In this document: piece after piece, positions 1-13,289 of the stretch | How positions within the stretch are numbered: the first letter of the stretch is position 1 | Layout: every line of letters begins with the position of its first letter | Origin: Octopus bimaculoides | Lineage: Eukaryota | NCBI RefSeq assembly: GCF_001194135.2 | Contig: NC_068988.1 | Location: forward strand, 66,109,033 to 66,173,032 | Reading direction: 5' to 3' | Length of the DNA stretch: 64,000 bases | The notes under the pieces: generated by a model | What the model was told of the DNA's origin: nothing | Databases searched by the model: none | What the model saw: only the letters and a program-made list of their open reading frames with translations | Program-made: the position numbers and the translations under genes

Positions 1-469
1 GCGTAGACACGACAAAGTAGCAAAAAGAAGCATCCACTGGCTACTATGCCGTAAATATGGATATAAGTTTACGGGTGCTTGGTACTAACATACACCGGAA
101 AAGGTAATGGACGAAAGGGAGAGGGCAGAAATCTTCTGGGACTTTGATTTCCAGACAGACAAAGTGTTAAAGCACCGAAGGCCTGATACAGTAACCCTTA
201 GGAGGAACAAACAAGGGTGCCTAATAATCAACGTTGCAGTGCAGATCAACATATCATCATGAAGGACCTGAGAACTGAGGTTCGCTAAGATGTGACAGCT
301 ACGAGAGTCGAGCATAAATATTATCCTTATTGTCATCGGAGTATTGGGTTCAATACCACCCAATCTGAAAAAATAAATCTGAAAACCTTAGAGATACTTT
401 ACAATCTAGATGTATTGCAAAAGTCGGTATTACTTGGAACTCCATGCATATTGCGTAAAAAATAATAAT
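1..469 (+). mobile_element. Decayed 3' end of an RLE-bearing non-LTR retrotransposon (R4/Dong/NeSL-like): restriction-like endonuclease domain
   Basis: Frame 2 reads RRHDKVAKRSIHWLLCRKYGY..WY*HTPEKV..EIFWDFDFQTDKVLKHRRPDTV..CLIINVAV. After frameshifts it reads VIGVLGSIP and LQKSVLLGTPCILRK, then AATAATAAT. RHD..IHW, WDF.IQTD, RPD and LQKSVLLGT are hallmark RLE-region motifs. Confidence 0.85.
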
Positions 470-546
470 GTTAAAGCTTTCTTTATTAATAAGTAGGATT
501 AACTAAGACTGCAGTTATGCTCACCACTCTCATTCACCTCTTTGAT

Positions 547-790
547 TTCAGAATGGTCGACTTCAACTTTTGGGGTCGGTAAAATATGTATTAGACAAGT
601 ACTGGACCCAATGTAATCAACTAGTACTCTACCTTCAGATTTGAAACCATGTGGCAGCGAGCTAATAGAATCGTTAGCGCGCACAACTAAGTGCTTTGCA
701 GCATTTCTTCCGATTCTTAGCCATCAGTGTTCGAATTCCACCAAAGTCAGCCTTGTCATTCGTCCTTCGGATATAATTACATTGATTTAA
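547..790 (+). mobile_element. Two adjacent degenerate fragments of the dominant SINE (family A)
   Basis: Similar to the family A copies at 21045 and 45671: gtggcagcgagctaatagaatcgttagc and ggggtcggtaaaat..gtactgg..aatgtaatcaact. Confidence 0.6.
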
Positions 791-3611
791 GAGAGTACGC
801 CTTGAAATGTCCAATGGAACATGCCTCAATGTTTTGAAGTGTAATCGGGTTCTTAAATGGAGAAGACACGAGAATCATACATTTAAAATGTATGACAGAT
901 ATGTAAGGAATAGACACTTTAAGACCTACGTGAACATATTTTATGTTAACAGATGTGGTGTGAAAATATCCACATGTATATTGTACTTATTCTGATATGT
1001 GTGTCTATTTCTGTAGATACCTTACCAATGCGCAACGAATGTTATTTTTATCACATTGAAGCTTGTGAAGGATTCCATTTGTAAAAATAACACAGTTAAG
1101 GCTCTTAGTATTTTTAATTCAATATTACGTCGCTGTAATTCCTTAGCTTTGCAGCTCACTTTTAGCCATCACTGCAGTTATTTAGAAATGCAAATTCGAT
1201 AATTCGATAATTATTCTTTTCGTTTTCGACAGTGATGTACGGTTTATTATGTTACATGCTGATCTGTCTGTATACTAAATTTCCATAGTATTAACAATTT
1301 CATTTTCTAAGAGATGTGAAGTTTCATGATTACTTTAGAAATCTTCTAGAGGCTGTTGAGGTTTTATAGGGTAAGGCAGTATTGCTACATTATTGGTTGT
1401 TAATTTTGATAAATATGTTTTCATAAAGTATAGCTTGTGTGAATCGTATTACTGTATGAGGTTATTATTTGTGTGTTCTGTATCAAGAGTGTGTACTATT
1501 TGATTGTGCAGATATGTGCAACACCTTGAGCGTTTTGCATAAATGTGTGGTGTAAATAACAGAGTAGTATTTTGGACAGTGCGAAATGTGAGCCGTGGTA
1601 TGGCTGTTTCGTTTCTCTGCAGTTATGTTCTTCAGTTATAACTGGCTTTGTTTATACGTTCACGTTCATGACGAATTTTCTTTCCTTTTTCTGGCAATGT
1701 TTTAGATAGAAGAGAGTCGAGATATCTATTAGGGAACAATAATTTCGGTTTCTTTCATTTATTATATCTGAATAATTCGAAAGGATCTACTTAGTAATCT
1801 AAGCAAGTATGTTTCAAATGATTGTCATCAAGACCTTATCATCAACTGTAACTGATTACTTGTTCGATGTATCGACGTATTATCCAGCTGACAGAGTTAT
1901 CGACTGAGAAGCTAAAAGTTTTGCGGTCAGCTGTTTCATTGTATTGATTGCATAGTCTGTATTTGTTACAATCTTTTCCATCATTTTGGTTTTGTATTGG
2001 TCCGTTGCAGCTAAAATTAGAACGACTGTTTCTGCTCTTAGCTTTTTCAGCTTTCTTAGCTTTCACTGTTACTTATGTTCTCTACAGAACAGTCTTACAG
2101 AGTATTGACCAAATAATGATATTTCTATCCATTTTTTTTCTTGGAAGTATTTTGGAATGCTGTATTGATTTTTACTTTTGTTTATATTTAAAACTTTCTG
2201 TTGTTCTATCTTTATGTAATTTCTTCCTCAGTGTAATTAGTTTCTAGTTTGAAGTTAATTGCTTCCCTGTAAAGACAAACTCTGTTTTATTTCTGTTTAT
2301 TTTTTAAACTAATCAGTTTCTCTTTGTTTGATTCTAAGGACATTTATACGTTCATTGTATTAAATTGTAGTGGTTTTCTATGCGTATCAGAAGCTCTCTT
2401 TCTTGCATTATATTCCCTTTATATCTGCTTTGCGTTGGGAGTTACCGAACGCTGTCGATATTTTTCTGTTTTTATGATCGACTAATTCAGTTTATTTGAC
2501 TTTTATCTATTATGTTAAATGTGTAGTTTATAACCAGAATGGTTTGTTTCTTTGTATATAACTTATTTCTTTCAACAGCCGCTGTTTTAAAATAAGTTTG
2601 ATTCTTTTCTAATTTTATCATTTATTCAAGTGCTTTGTAAGTTACCAGATAATTTATATGGGTTGTTCTGGTGTAACTCTCTAATTTCGTTTTCTGAGTC
2701 TGATTTAATGTCCTCATTCACCGAAATGAGGACATTAAAGTATCTGGTGCATTTGAGTTTGTAACTAGCTACTTCAGCACAAATTTTGAGAAGCTTTTGA
2801 AAACCAGAAAGGAAATCAGAGATGGAAATCAGAATGAAATAAGCGTAATGTCGGCAGATTTCTTTTCTCTTTAACATTATGTTAAAATCCGCTGAACACT
2901 AAATTTCTACTTTAGCGCTCACCTTCTTTTGATCAAGTCTAGATAGTACCTTATAATTATAATTTGGAGACGTTTTCATTGAAACATTACTTCAATACTC
3001 TTTTATATTAAGTGTGATTATTTCCTCCATCTTACTACTGTAATTTATTTTAGTCTCATCTCCAGATATACCGTAATATGAGTGAGCAAATATATTATGC
3101 CTCATAAGTAAATACAGCCGTGATGGCATTTTCGAATTTTTATGGACGCCAGCTAAGGTGTTAATTCCACAATTTCCATCGGCTGTTACAACGATATCTT
3201 TTACCTGCATTGTTTTCCCCATCTGTGCATAAGTTATTTCGTTAATTTTTATACCTCGACTACAAAAGCATATAATTCAAATTGAGCGCAAATTGAGCAC
3301 TTGTTAGCCCCAAATAGATTAAATATGTCATCTCGGTTAGCATGTCAGGACAGTCTGTCAATAAACGGGAACCCTTTCATTTGATATCCTGCTGCTGTAT
3401 TCTTGGTCATCATTCAGTAAATTCTTGGTGAGGAATTCTTTGCTAATTCTCATAATGCTATTTTTATCATGTATGCAGATTAATCTATGGATACACCTTG
3501 ACGTTTGATGAACAGTAGATGTTGTCGAAGTGTTATGACACATTTAAACTGTTTCTGTATTTAATACGTATAGATTGACATGTGCAATATATATGTATAT
3601 AATGTGCACGT

Positions 3612-3960
3612 CTGGAATGTATAGGCGTGAGTGTGTAGCAAGAAGCTTACTTCCCAACCGCATGTTTCCGGGTTCAGTCTCACTGCGTGGCACTTCGTGC
3701 AAGTTACTTCTACTAAAGCCACGAGCCGATCAGAGTCTAAGTGAGTGGATTTGGTAGACGGAAACTGAAAGAAGTCCGAGGAATATATATGCATATATAC
3801 ACACACACATATACGTATAAATATATATATACTTGCATATATGTGTGTATGCGCGCGCGCGTGTGCATGTGTGCCTATTTATCCACCACTACCGCTTCAA
3901 AACAGGTCGTGGGTGTCTATATGCCCGTACCGTAGCGGTCGGCAACAGTCCGATAGAATA
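3612..3960 (+). mobile_element. SINE family B copy: tRNA-like head, internal TA/CA/TG microsatellite, tail
   Basis: Head agcaagaagcttacttcccaaccgcatgtttccgggttcagtc and gtgagtggatttggtagacggaaactgaaagaag match 26060-26160. The tail gtagcggtcggca matches the 26300 and 11620 regions. Confidence 0.7.
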
Positions 3961-6906
3961 CGTGAATGATAAAACATAAAAGATATAGGAGATGGATTTC
4001 TGTGTGTGATATACATGTTTGCGCGTGTAAAACATCTTTCTACAGATAGTGTGTTTGCATAGCATAAGTGTATATATGCTACACACGCAAATGCATAAAC
4101 ATGCTTGTGTGCATATGTATGTGGATCTCTCTGTGTGCATACATGTGCGAGTGATTTATTAAAAATTCCTCATCTGTGCAAGCAGGAATGCGGAATTATC
4201 ATTGCATTTATTCTTGCATATTTCAATTTATTGATTCTGAATTAATTATTTCCCTTTATTTTACGCATTTAAAATCCGACACACACATGCACGCGCGTAC
4301 ACACACACACATACACACACACGCACACACACACACGCACACACATATATACCTTGTCTTCATTATAAAACAATGATGACATTTTAAATGGTAATTAATG
4401 AAACAAAATATTTAATTAACTTCCAGAGAAAATTGGTGAAATTAACCAAGAAATATCATTTGATTAAGAACAGAAAAAAAACAAAAACTATAAGAGAAAA
4501 ATCCAAAGATGAAATACCAATAATTTTTCAGAGACAGTTCAAAGGATTTTTTTTAAATACATATTCTGCTTAATAATTATTGGAGCCAGTGTAATTAATG
4601 AAGCAAGAATCTGGCACAATGTGCAAATGCACATTATCGAATGCAGTATTCAGATTGCTCCACCATCATTCTTAATGAAGCCCAAATATTATTGTCCCAA
4701 TCTATGATATAATGATATTCAAGCAAGGTCCTGATCTTTTGACTTCATTAGTTTAACATGCCTATCGTCTCCACTGTTTTGCTTTGTACTAATTATCTCT
4801 GAAACTGTCAGCAGTTTGTATTATTATACGGGATATAATTATCTAAATCAATCAGGACATTTCCTGACCCATCATTCGACATTTATTTTAAACTTTGCAA
4901 CATTACTAGCTAATTTAATTAAACTAGAAACTTTATCAGTGTGAATCACACAAATGTATCCCCTTTTCACAAGGCAACCCTTGTAACTTTGTATCCTCTG
5001 GCAACACAGATATTTTATTACGTACTATAACGTAAAGGAAACGTACCGAATTCCATCGTAGTAAAATAAGTTTCATATTAAGGAAACTTAAAGTAGAACA
5101 GCTTAAACATCAACAACAATAAAACGTCCACAAGGTCACTGCACGCGCAAGGAAAAGGAGAGGAAACTCCTCCAAATTTAAGGAGGGAGGATACGGTGGA
5201 TAGTGATATCACTAATGCATAGAAAGACTGACTGGTTATGATTTTAACCTGTTCGATCATGCATTTATGAATTACTAGGAACTAGAGGTTAAACTTCAAC
5301 GTCAAATATATCAGCCATGATTAAACACTCGAAGTCACACATGCTTTTTTACACATACGCACACACGGACTCCGACACACATACAGGACGCGTCAAATGG
5401 TTGAGAACAAAGCATATTATAAGAAAAAAAAAATTATTTTGCTTGTGTACGATGTCAAATAAACAAGTAGAATACCCCGTTCTTTATTATTTTCCCATAA
5501 GAACAGTGCACAGGAATATTTTATACTTCCTGAATCCCTAAATATTACTCCGCAAAACTGCGAAAATATATTTATTCATAGGTCGGAAAAGAAAACTTTC
5601 CATATAGAAATCGACGGAATCAAAATTTCAGGGTAGTAACACATTGAAACTGTTAAAATATCGGAAACATGGAGAATCAATTTAGCGATTTCAAAGAGAA
5701 AGGCAAAATTCTAATGATTTTTAGTGTCCAATATTACTTTTTATCGAAATAATATTAAAATTGCGGATGTAATCGATCTTGCAGTTTAAATCCAAAACTT
5801 GACCTTAGTGTAAGGACTCCAATCATCTAAGGAGAACCACAATGTTTCCTCCTTCCTAATTAGATTTTCAACCCCTACAGAGTTAGTGGGCGTATGGGTT
5901 CCTTACCTTAGTAAGCTATAAGAAAATAAGATGAAATTTGAAACTCTGCAACTTAATTTCTTTTCTTAGTTCTAGTTAAAGCAGCAAATGGGTACGAAAT
6001 ATAGTTAACTAGCATGACGTGTATAGCAATATATGTTACTATTTAAGAGAGTATAGAGTGATTTGAGGGAGGGTGACTTGTACCTGGCAGAGCACAGAAT
6101 ATCGTCCTTTCATTTTATTCGTAAAACTCGTATTTGAAAAGGCCACTAGATGATGTATGACCAGACGCACCTATGTATGTTATGTAATGTGTATGTATGT
6201 ACATGTGTGCATGTGTGTATTTCTTCAATAATATGTGGTTGGGACAGGAATATTTAGTCAAAGTTCTTCTACGGTAATATTATATGGAACGGTATTTTCC
6301 GTCGATGCCCATAACCCTTTAGTTTAGATGCACTATCCAAGGTAAGAAGGAATAACAACAACGTATTGGTTATCATCCAATAAGATGAACACACACACAC
6401 ACACAGACACACACACACACACACACACACGCGCACACACACACACACACACACATACACACGCACACGAGGCCGGAGAATGGCACCGAAGCGGTCACAG
6501 ATAAGTGACGACAGATTTCGAGGCATTGACATGAATTAAAATAAGACCAGTAATGAATGAGTGGAGAACGAATATACGAATTGACAAAAACAATATCTAT
6601 CTATATATATATNNNNNNNNNNNNNNNNNNNNNNNNNNNNNNNNNNNNNNNNNNNNNNNNNNNNNNNNNNNNNNNNNNNNNNNNNNNNNNNNNNNNNNNN
6701 NNNNNNNNNNNNNNNNNNNNNNNNNNNNNNNNNNNNNNNNNNNNNNNNNNNNNNNNNNNNNNNNNNNNNNNNNNNNNNNNNNNNNNNNNNNNNNNNNNNN
6801 NNNNNNNNNNNNNNNNNNNNNNNNNNNNNNNNNNNNNNNNNNNNNNNNNNNNNNNNNNNNNNNNNNNNNNNNNNNNNNNNNNNNNNNNNNNNNNNNNNNN
6901 NNNNNN

Positions 6907-6943
<37 letters not shown>

Positions 6944-7199
6944 ATGCATCTATGTATGTATCTATGTATGTATGTGCATTGGCCTATATATATATATGTA
7001 TGTATATAGTTTGGTAACTAATGATCCCTGCTCTTGTTAGATATACATGTACACAGATTTATGAAGATCAAATTTTCTCCATTCACTACCATAGTAGTGC
7101 GTTATCGTGCATGTGTCTTAAGTCTTCATGAAAAAAAAATGGGCTTCATCGAAAATACCCAATCCTCATCGTAATTTGTTTCCGCTATTGGTGGCAATG

Positions 7200-7500
7200 A
7201 CAAACATTGCTTTACCGAGTGACATCCCATACTTGCCATGCCTTCAACGATGACTCAACGCACTCATTATGGTCGTATCCTTGGGTTTTGCTGGGAGTTC
7301 TTTCCTCATACAAGTTCACCATTTAGCATCTGTGCAGAGATCTTCCGAACATTCATATGAACAAGGTTTCCAACCCAAAGTAAAGTGTGCTTGTGCATCA
7401 TCGCCTCAATGTTCCAGCATGTCGGCTTCCCTTATGACATGTGTGTCTGGTGTCTCGAAAGATCAGCTAACTTTCAGAATGTGTCTTAGGGGACCCTTAC
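7200..7500 (-). mobile_element. RTE-type LINE C-terminal fragment (decayed)
   Basis: Minus strand reads KPTCWNIEAMMHKHTLLWVGNLVHMNVRKISAQMLNGELV*GKNSQQNPRIR, matching the RTE motif IEA.L...LRW.GHV.RM...R.PK..LYGEL..GKR..G.P..R. Confidence 0.65.
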
Positions 7501-7589
7501 ATGGTGCTTGTATATATACATACATACGCACGCATATACATATATGCATACATACACACACATATATAGAGAAAGACAGACAGACAATC

Positions 7590-7601
7590 AGACAGACAGA
7601 C

Positions 7602-7636
<35 letters not shown>

Positions 7637-7637
7637 C

Positions 7638-7684
<47 letters not shown>

Positions 7685-7708
7685 CAGATAGATAGATAGA
7701 TAGATAGA
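7590..7708. repeat. (AGAC)n/(AGAT)n microsatellite
   Basis: Direct reading. Confidence 0.95.
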
Positions 7709-8374
7709 CTGTATTTGAAGGGATAAAAATTCAGTTTTACTAAACCAAATAATCTGCATGCCATGAAGGGTTCCGTAATTCGTTTGTTACAATTATCTTT
7801 TGAACATATGAAAACATACATTTACACACCCATACGCACACGCTCTCAAACGCATGCGCACACTCACACATATATATACACTCATACACATAGACATACT
7901 GACTGAGAAAAACAAGTATCGATAGATATGTATGAGCATATATTTGCCGTAGACGCCAATAAAACAGCATGGTAGCATATAAATCGAAACATATATTCCC
8001 GGGAACATTTAACCACTGATTGTTATCGATATACGGAATTAGATATATTGATATGATTTATGATAATTGTACAAAATGGCGTCAGTCAGATATACAACTC
8101 ATACAAATTCATTGGTATTCCGAAATATTGTTTTCCGTTAAATCTCAAATATTTTCGGCCTGGTAAAGATGGATAGGAAAATGTTGCCACACTTATTAAC
8201 AACGAGACAGAGGTAATATATTAAAATATCGTTTGGAAAAAGATTATTCGTATGTGTGTATACATGTGGCACCAGTGATGTTGCAACTCTTTTCTACAGC
8301 TGAGTGAACTGGAGCATATATATATATATATATTGTTCCATAATATAACCTCGTGGATATCGGGGGCGATTTTT

Positions 8375-8520
8375 TCTTCCTCCGTTTTCCCCTTCTTTGG
8401 ACTTTCCTTGTTTCCGACGAAGAGCTCCGTTCGAAACGTCAAATTCTCTCTCTTTCTTTTCTCGAGCGTCTAGTAATACAATCTGTATCACGTCCTCACG
8501 TTGTTGTTTTTTGTTGTTTT
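8375..8520 (+). mobile_element. Short repeat carrying a minimal type-I hammerhead-ribozyme-like motif (Penelope-terminus-like), copy 1
   Basis: 8410-8444 reads gttt-CCGACGA-a-GAGC-tcc-GTTC-GAAAC-GTC-aaat. It is homologous to the reverse complement of 9180-9345. Confidence 0.55.
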
Positions 8521-9179
8521 TTTGTCTTTTTCCGTTTTTGAACTTATATATATATATATGTTCGTTCAATTGGCTCAGTGCTTACATTTGCTTATGGCAT
8601 AAACAGCTCTTAACTCATAAAGAGGAATACGTACATAACTGTGTGTATGAGAGAGGAGTTTGTATATGTGTGTGAGTGTGTGCATGCGTGAATGTGTTTG
8701 TGTTTGTATGTGTGTGTGTGTGCGTGCTAGTGTATTTATATAACTTACCCAGTGGTCAAATATTACATTGTCAATCAAAGCCTTCATCAATTACTGATGG
8801 CCAAGATTCTGTGGGGCCACAAACAGTACAACTGTCATTATGGCAACTGTTATTGAAGGGATGCCACATGTTTTCGACTAGAAATAGAACAATTTCTGCA
8901 GCTGATGGCACATGGAAGGTGAAGCGTAGGTGAAAGCAGTTGTGTTTCTCTGTTCTTCTGTATGAATACGTTCTTTGGATTGCTATATGGATGAAGTAAT
9001 TAATTTCATTGAACACCAATGGACGAAGATAATAACTCTAAGCATTTTCTGTTTCTTTAATCCTTCTCCTGTTTAATATGTTTTTGAAATAGTTCATTAG
9101 ATTTGAGTGACAAACTACCATTCAATATACAAATGTGCTCTCCCTATATTATATATATAAGCAACAAAAAAAAAATCGA

Positions 9180-9345
9180 AGAAAAAACACAATATACAAG
9201 AAAAAAACAACAACGCGAGTACGAGGTACATGCAAAGTATTGAAAGATGCCCAGAGAAGGAAAGAAAGGCTGTTTAACGTTTCGAGGAAAGCTCTTCTTC
9301 GGGAGCAGGAGACAGAGGAATGTCAAAGAGAAAAGACGGAATAAA
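9180..9345 (-). mobile_element. Same hammerhead-like repeat, copy 2 (inverted)
   Basis: Reverse complement of 9270-9308 reads ctgctc-CCGAAGA-a-GAG-ctttc-CTC-GAAAC-GTT-aaacag. The downstream ..aatac..ctc(a/g)cgttgttgtttt is shared with copy 1. Confidence 0.55.
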
Positions 9346-9426
9346 AAATAGTCAACAATCCATATGTAGTTACGTTATATACATGTGTGTGTATGTACGC
9401 ATGTACGTATGTATGTACATAAATAC

Positions 9427-9428
<2 letters not shown>

Positions 9429-9478
<50 letters not shown>

Positions 9479-9488
9479 GAGAGAGAGT
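9429..9488. repeat. (GA)n microsatellite
   Basis: Direct reading. Confidence 0.95.
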
Positions 9489-11886
9489 GATAAATAAGTA
9501 GATAGATACGTGCATAGAAACAGACCCATTTATATAATTTGTTTTGTAAAATGCCTTTAACTTTCTTTAAATGTCTGAATTATTTTTCTTCCTGTTTGAT
9601 TAATATTGACATTCACTCCTTATCACTGTGAATAGATAAATTAATAGAGAAAGCTAGAAAGTTTCCGTACTGTAAAATGCTGTGTTGCACGATTGCAACT
9701 TAGGATTCTTTGTTTACCAAATTTTCTCATATTCTTCTAAGTAAAGTTTTTTCAAGAACAGTTTTATGGATTGAAACGTAGAGTTAATACAGAACAATCT
9801 GGTGTGCAACTAATTATATTATTCACATTTCTTCATAGCATAACTGACAAAGCACCTTAAGGAAATTAAATTAATAGTATTTCCACTATGCTATGACAGG
9901 TGAAAATATATATACAGGTGTATGTGTGTGCGTGTGCATGTGTATGTGTGTGCGCGTGTGTGAAATAGGTATAGCTCTGTGGTTAAGAATTCCGTTTCTT
10001 CACACGTGTTTTCGGATTCAGCCTCACTGTACGCTGCTAACTATCTATACATCTACCTATTATTGCTTATTATGCTATCTCACTCTTATTATATATATGT
10101 GTGTGTGTGTGTGTCTGTCTATCTGTGAGTGCGCATGTGCGTGTGTGTATGCACATATATGCATATATGCATACATACACTTACATATATATGTGTGTGT
10201 GTGTATATAATATAGTAGTTTACTGTTGATTGTATTGCATTTATATTTTCAGAATTTCTGTTTATTATACCTGTTTATTAAAATTAAGGTTCGGGCCCAG
10301 TCGTTGAAAATTCCTGCTTAATCCCATGAACATATATATTCTCTAAGAGGGTTGGCTTAGTTGTACACCACCGCAAAATCACCAAAACCATATACACATA
10401 ACTAAATACAGAACTTTTCAATTATATTCCGATAATAGCTTTTAACATTTACGTGTTTTCGCACATAACTCACAATTATATGTTATGAGGTTGTTCGGAC
10501 TTAGTCACATATCAGTGAATATTGCTTATAATGCAGCTGAACATAAACGTGAAATTGTGACAAATATCAAATATTTTGCTCACATTTCTGAATAATTCAC
10601 TATTTTCCAAAAAAGAATTCATTGATTTTAATTGGTTTTAACATATGGGGCATTTCTATTCGTTTAGAATCTTGAAAAATTTAGTTTCCATCATTGAATG
10701 GGGAATTAAAGTACGTTGGAGCATATTTAATATTCAACGACAACTACAACAACAACAATAATATAACCTGATCTTTGGGATCAAATAAATACGAATTATT
10801 CTCTGCAGGTGTTGATTGGGTAACTGGATGCATGGAAATGTTATTTTTTTCTTTTAATAGAGCTTAAAGCCTCAATTGCTGGAAAACTGTTATATTACAC
10901 CTAATCATCAATTAAGACCTTATTAAAAGGAATTTGGAGCAACATCAGTTAGCTTCTGGTGCTAATGCTCTTGAAAAACAAAAATTAGGATAAAACAATC
11001 AGAATTCCATTTCTCTGGAAAATATAATTTGGTCAGATTAAAAATAAACAATATTAATGTTATTTGAAATGGAATTTAAATCTTTAAAAGAATACAATTA
11101 AATGACAAAAGAAATATTGATTGATACGTTTATTTCTGAGTATGTTTTCTTCATATTTGAGTGTATTTTATTCTGAGTTCGATACCATTTCAAAGTAACT
11201 TGTACATGTGTCTAGTAATATAGATTCAGGTACGCTCAAAACTTTGTGAGCGAAATAAAGAAACTAATAAGAAATTATGCCGCGTTCTGTTAAAGAATGG
11301 TTGCAATTCTACGCTAGCCCTCGGGTTTGCCTCTACTGGATCCAACTAATAATTAATAGGAAGTCTGAGAATATTGTAAGTTAAAGATTCCTTCCAAAAC
11401 TCACAGAGTTCTTCGAGTGGTTGTCCTTTCATGTATGATTAAGTCATAAAAGGAAATAACTCTCCATTTATTTGTTTAATGTTTCACCTAAGTAATCATA
11501 ACAAACTGTCTTTACCTCTCTCCCTCTCTCTCACACTTCTAACATGTGTATGGAGGTATGTATTTATCCGCCCCGCCCCAGTGCTTGACAACCGGCGTTG
11601 GTGTGTTTATGTCCCGGTAACCTAGCGGTTCGGTGAAAGAACCAATTGAATAAGTACCGGCTTAAAAATTTACTGGGTCCTAGCATAAATATATACAAAT
11701 ATTACAAGACCCCTTTCGGTCAGGAATAACCATGGGACTGAACCTACAAATATATTAAGACAATATGACCCCCCAGACACAATATACATATATATTTATA
11801 TGTATGTATGTGTGTATATATATATGGATATATATGTGTGTATGTATATATATATATGTATATATATGTGTGTATATATATATGTT

Positions 11887-11918
<32 letters not shown>

Positions 11919-12344
11919 NNNNNNNNNNNNNNNNNNNNNNNNNNNNNNNNNNNNNNNNNNNNNNNNNNNNNNNNNNNNNNNNNNNNNNNNNNNNNNNNNN
12001 NNNNNNNNNNNNNNNNNNNNNNNNNNNNNNNNNNNNNNNNNNNNNNNNNNNNNNNNNNNNNNNNNNNNNNNNNNNNNNNNNNNNNNNNNNNNNNNNNNNN
12101 NNNNNNNNNNNNNNNNNNNNNNNNNNNNNNNNNNNNNNNNNNNNNNNNNNNNNNNNNNNNNNNNNNNNNNNNNNNNNNNNNNNNNNNNNNNNNNNNNNNN
12201 NNNNNNNNNNNNNNNNNNNNNNNNNNNNNNNNNNNNNNNNNNNNNNNNNNNNNNNNNNNNNNNNNNNNNNNNNNNNNNNCCTTTTAGATGTTCTTCCTTA
12301 AATTCTTCACACTGAATGAGAATGACAATACATAACTTTAATTA

Positions 12345-12346
12345 TG

Positions 12347-12421
<75 letters not shown>
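12345..12421. repeat. (ATT)n microsatellite
   Basis: Direct reading; explains the poly-Ile ORF. Confidence 0.95.
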
Positions 12422-13289
12422 TCTTGCATATTTGTATTGTCTTTTGAAACGTTCGTATGTATTAAATTTAATTTTGATTTTAACATCTGTTCACCATTTT
12501 TATACTTGATTTTAGTATCTTTATAACTATAACGAACTTTTTCAATATGTATATCTATATATATGTATGTGCATTCATATATATATATATATTATATATT
12601 TAAAAAGAGAAAATATTTAGAAATGAATATTCAGCAGTGAATATTTATATACCGTGTCATTATCGGTGGTTTAAATGAGGGTCTTAACTCTTACCTCTAC
12701 GAATCAAACGCATTTGTGTGCCCTTATGATTTATATATATATATATGTTCCTCTGTAAATCTTCGGTATGAGATATGGATTCAGAGAATCGTGTGCCTAT
12801 CACAGAAAGCTTATGTAAACGACTTGGATTACAGTTCACATTATAATCCAATGGTATTACGCAAAATACGCATGTTGCTGAAATCCAATAGATTCAATCG
12901 ATAGAAATATTTCGTGAGATGTGTTTATAAACCATAAAATGTAAGAAGTTAAGAAATATGAATATATTTATTAAACAAGTTGATATCCTAAGGGGTACGC
13001 CGTTTAGCAGTCTCCTTCATTTAGTAACAATTCCACTGTATTTACATGTCTGTATAAGTATGCATATTATACAATACATGTGTACATCTACTCACACACA
13101 CGCACATATATATTAATGTGGTTCTGTGTATCTTAAATAGGGTTGTATGCGAACAATCCTGTTGAAATTCGTAATGCATTTGACTATACAGTCACTCGAT
13201 TAAAACTGAGCCGACACTACACAACGAGACAATAACAACAGCTTGAAGCAGCAAAGGGGGAATCTGTGTTTGGATTTGTTTTACTGGCA

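Noticed and set aside
1600-1640. Minus-strand CTGAAGA...CGAAAC as a hammerhead
   Set aside because: No convincing stem II or GUH cleavage triplet.
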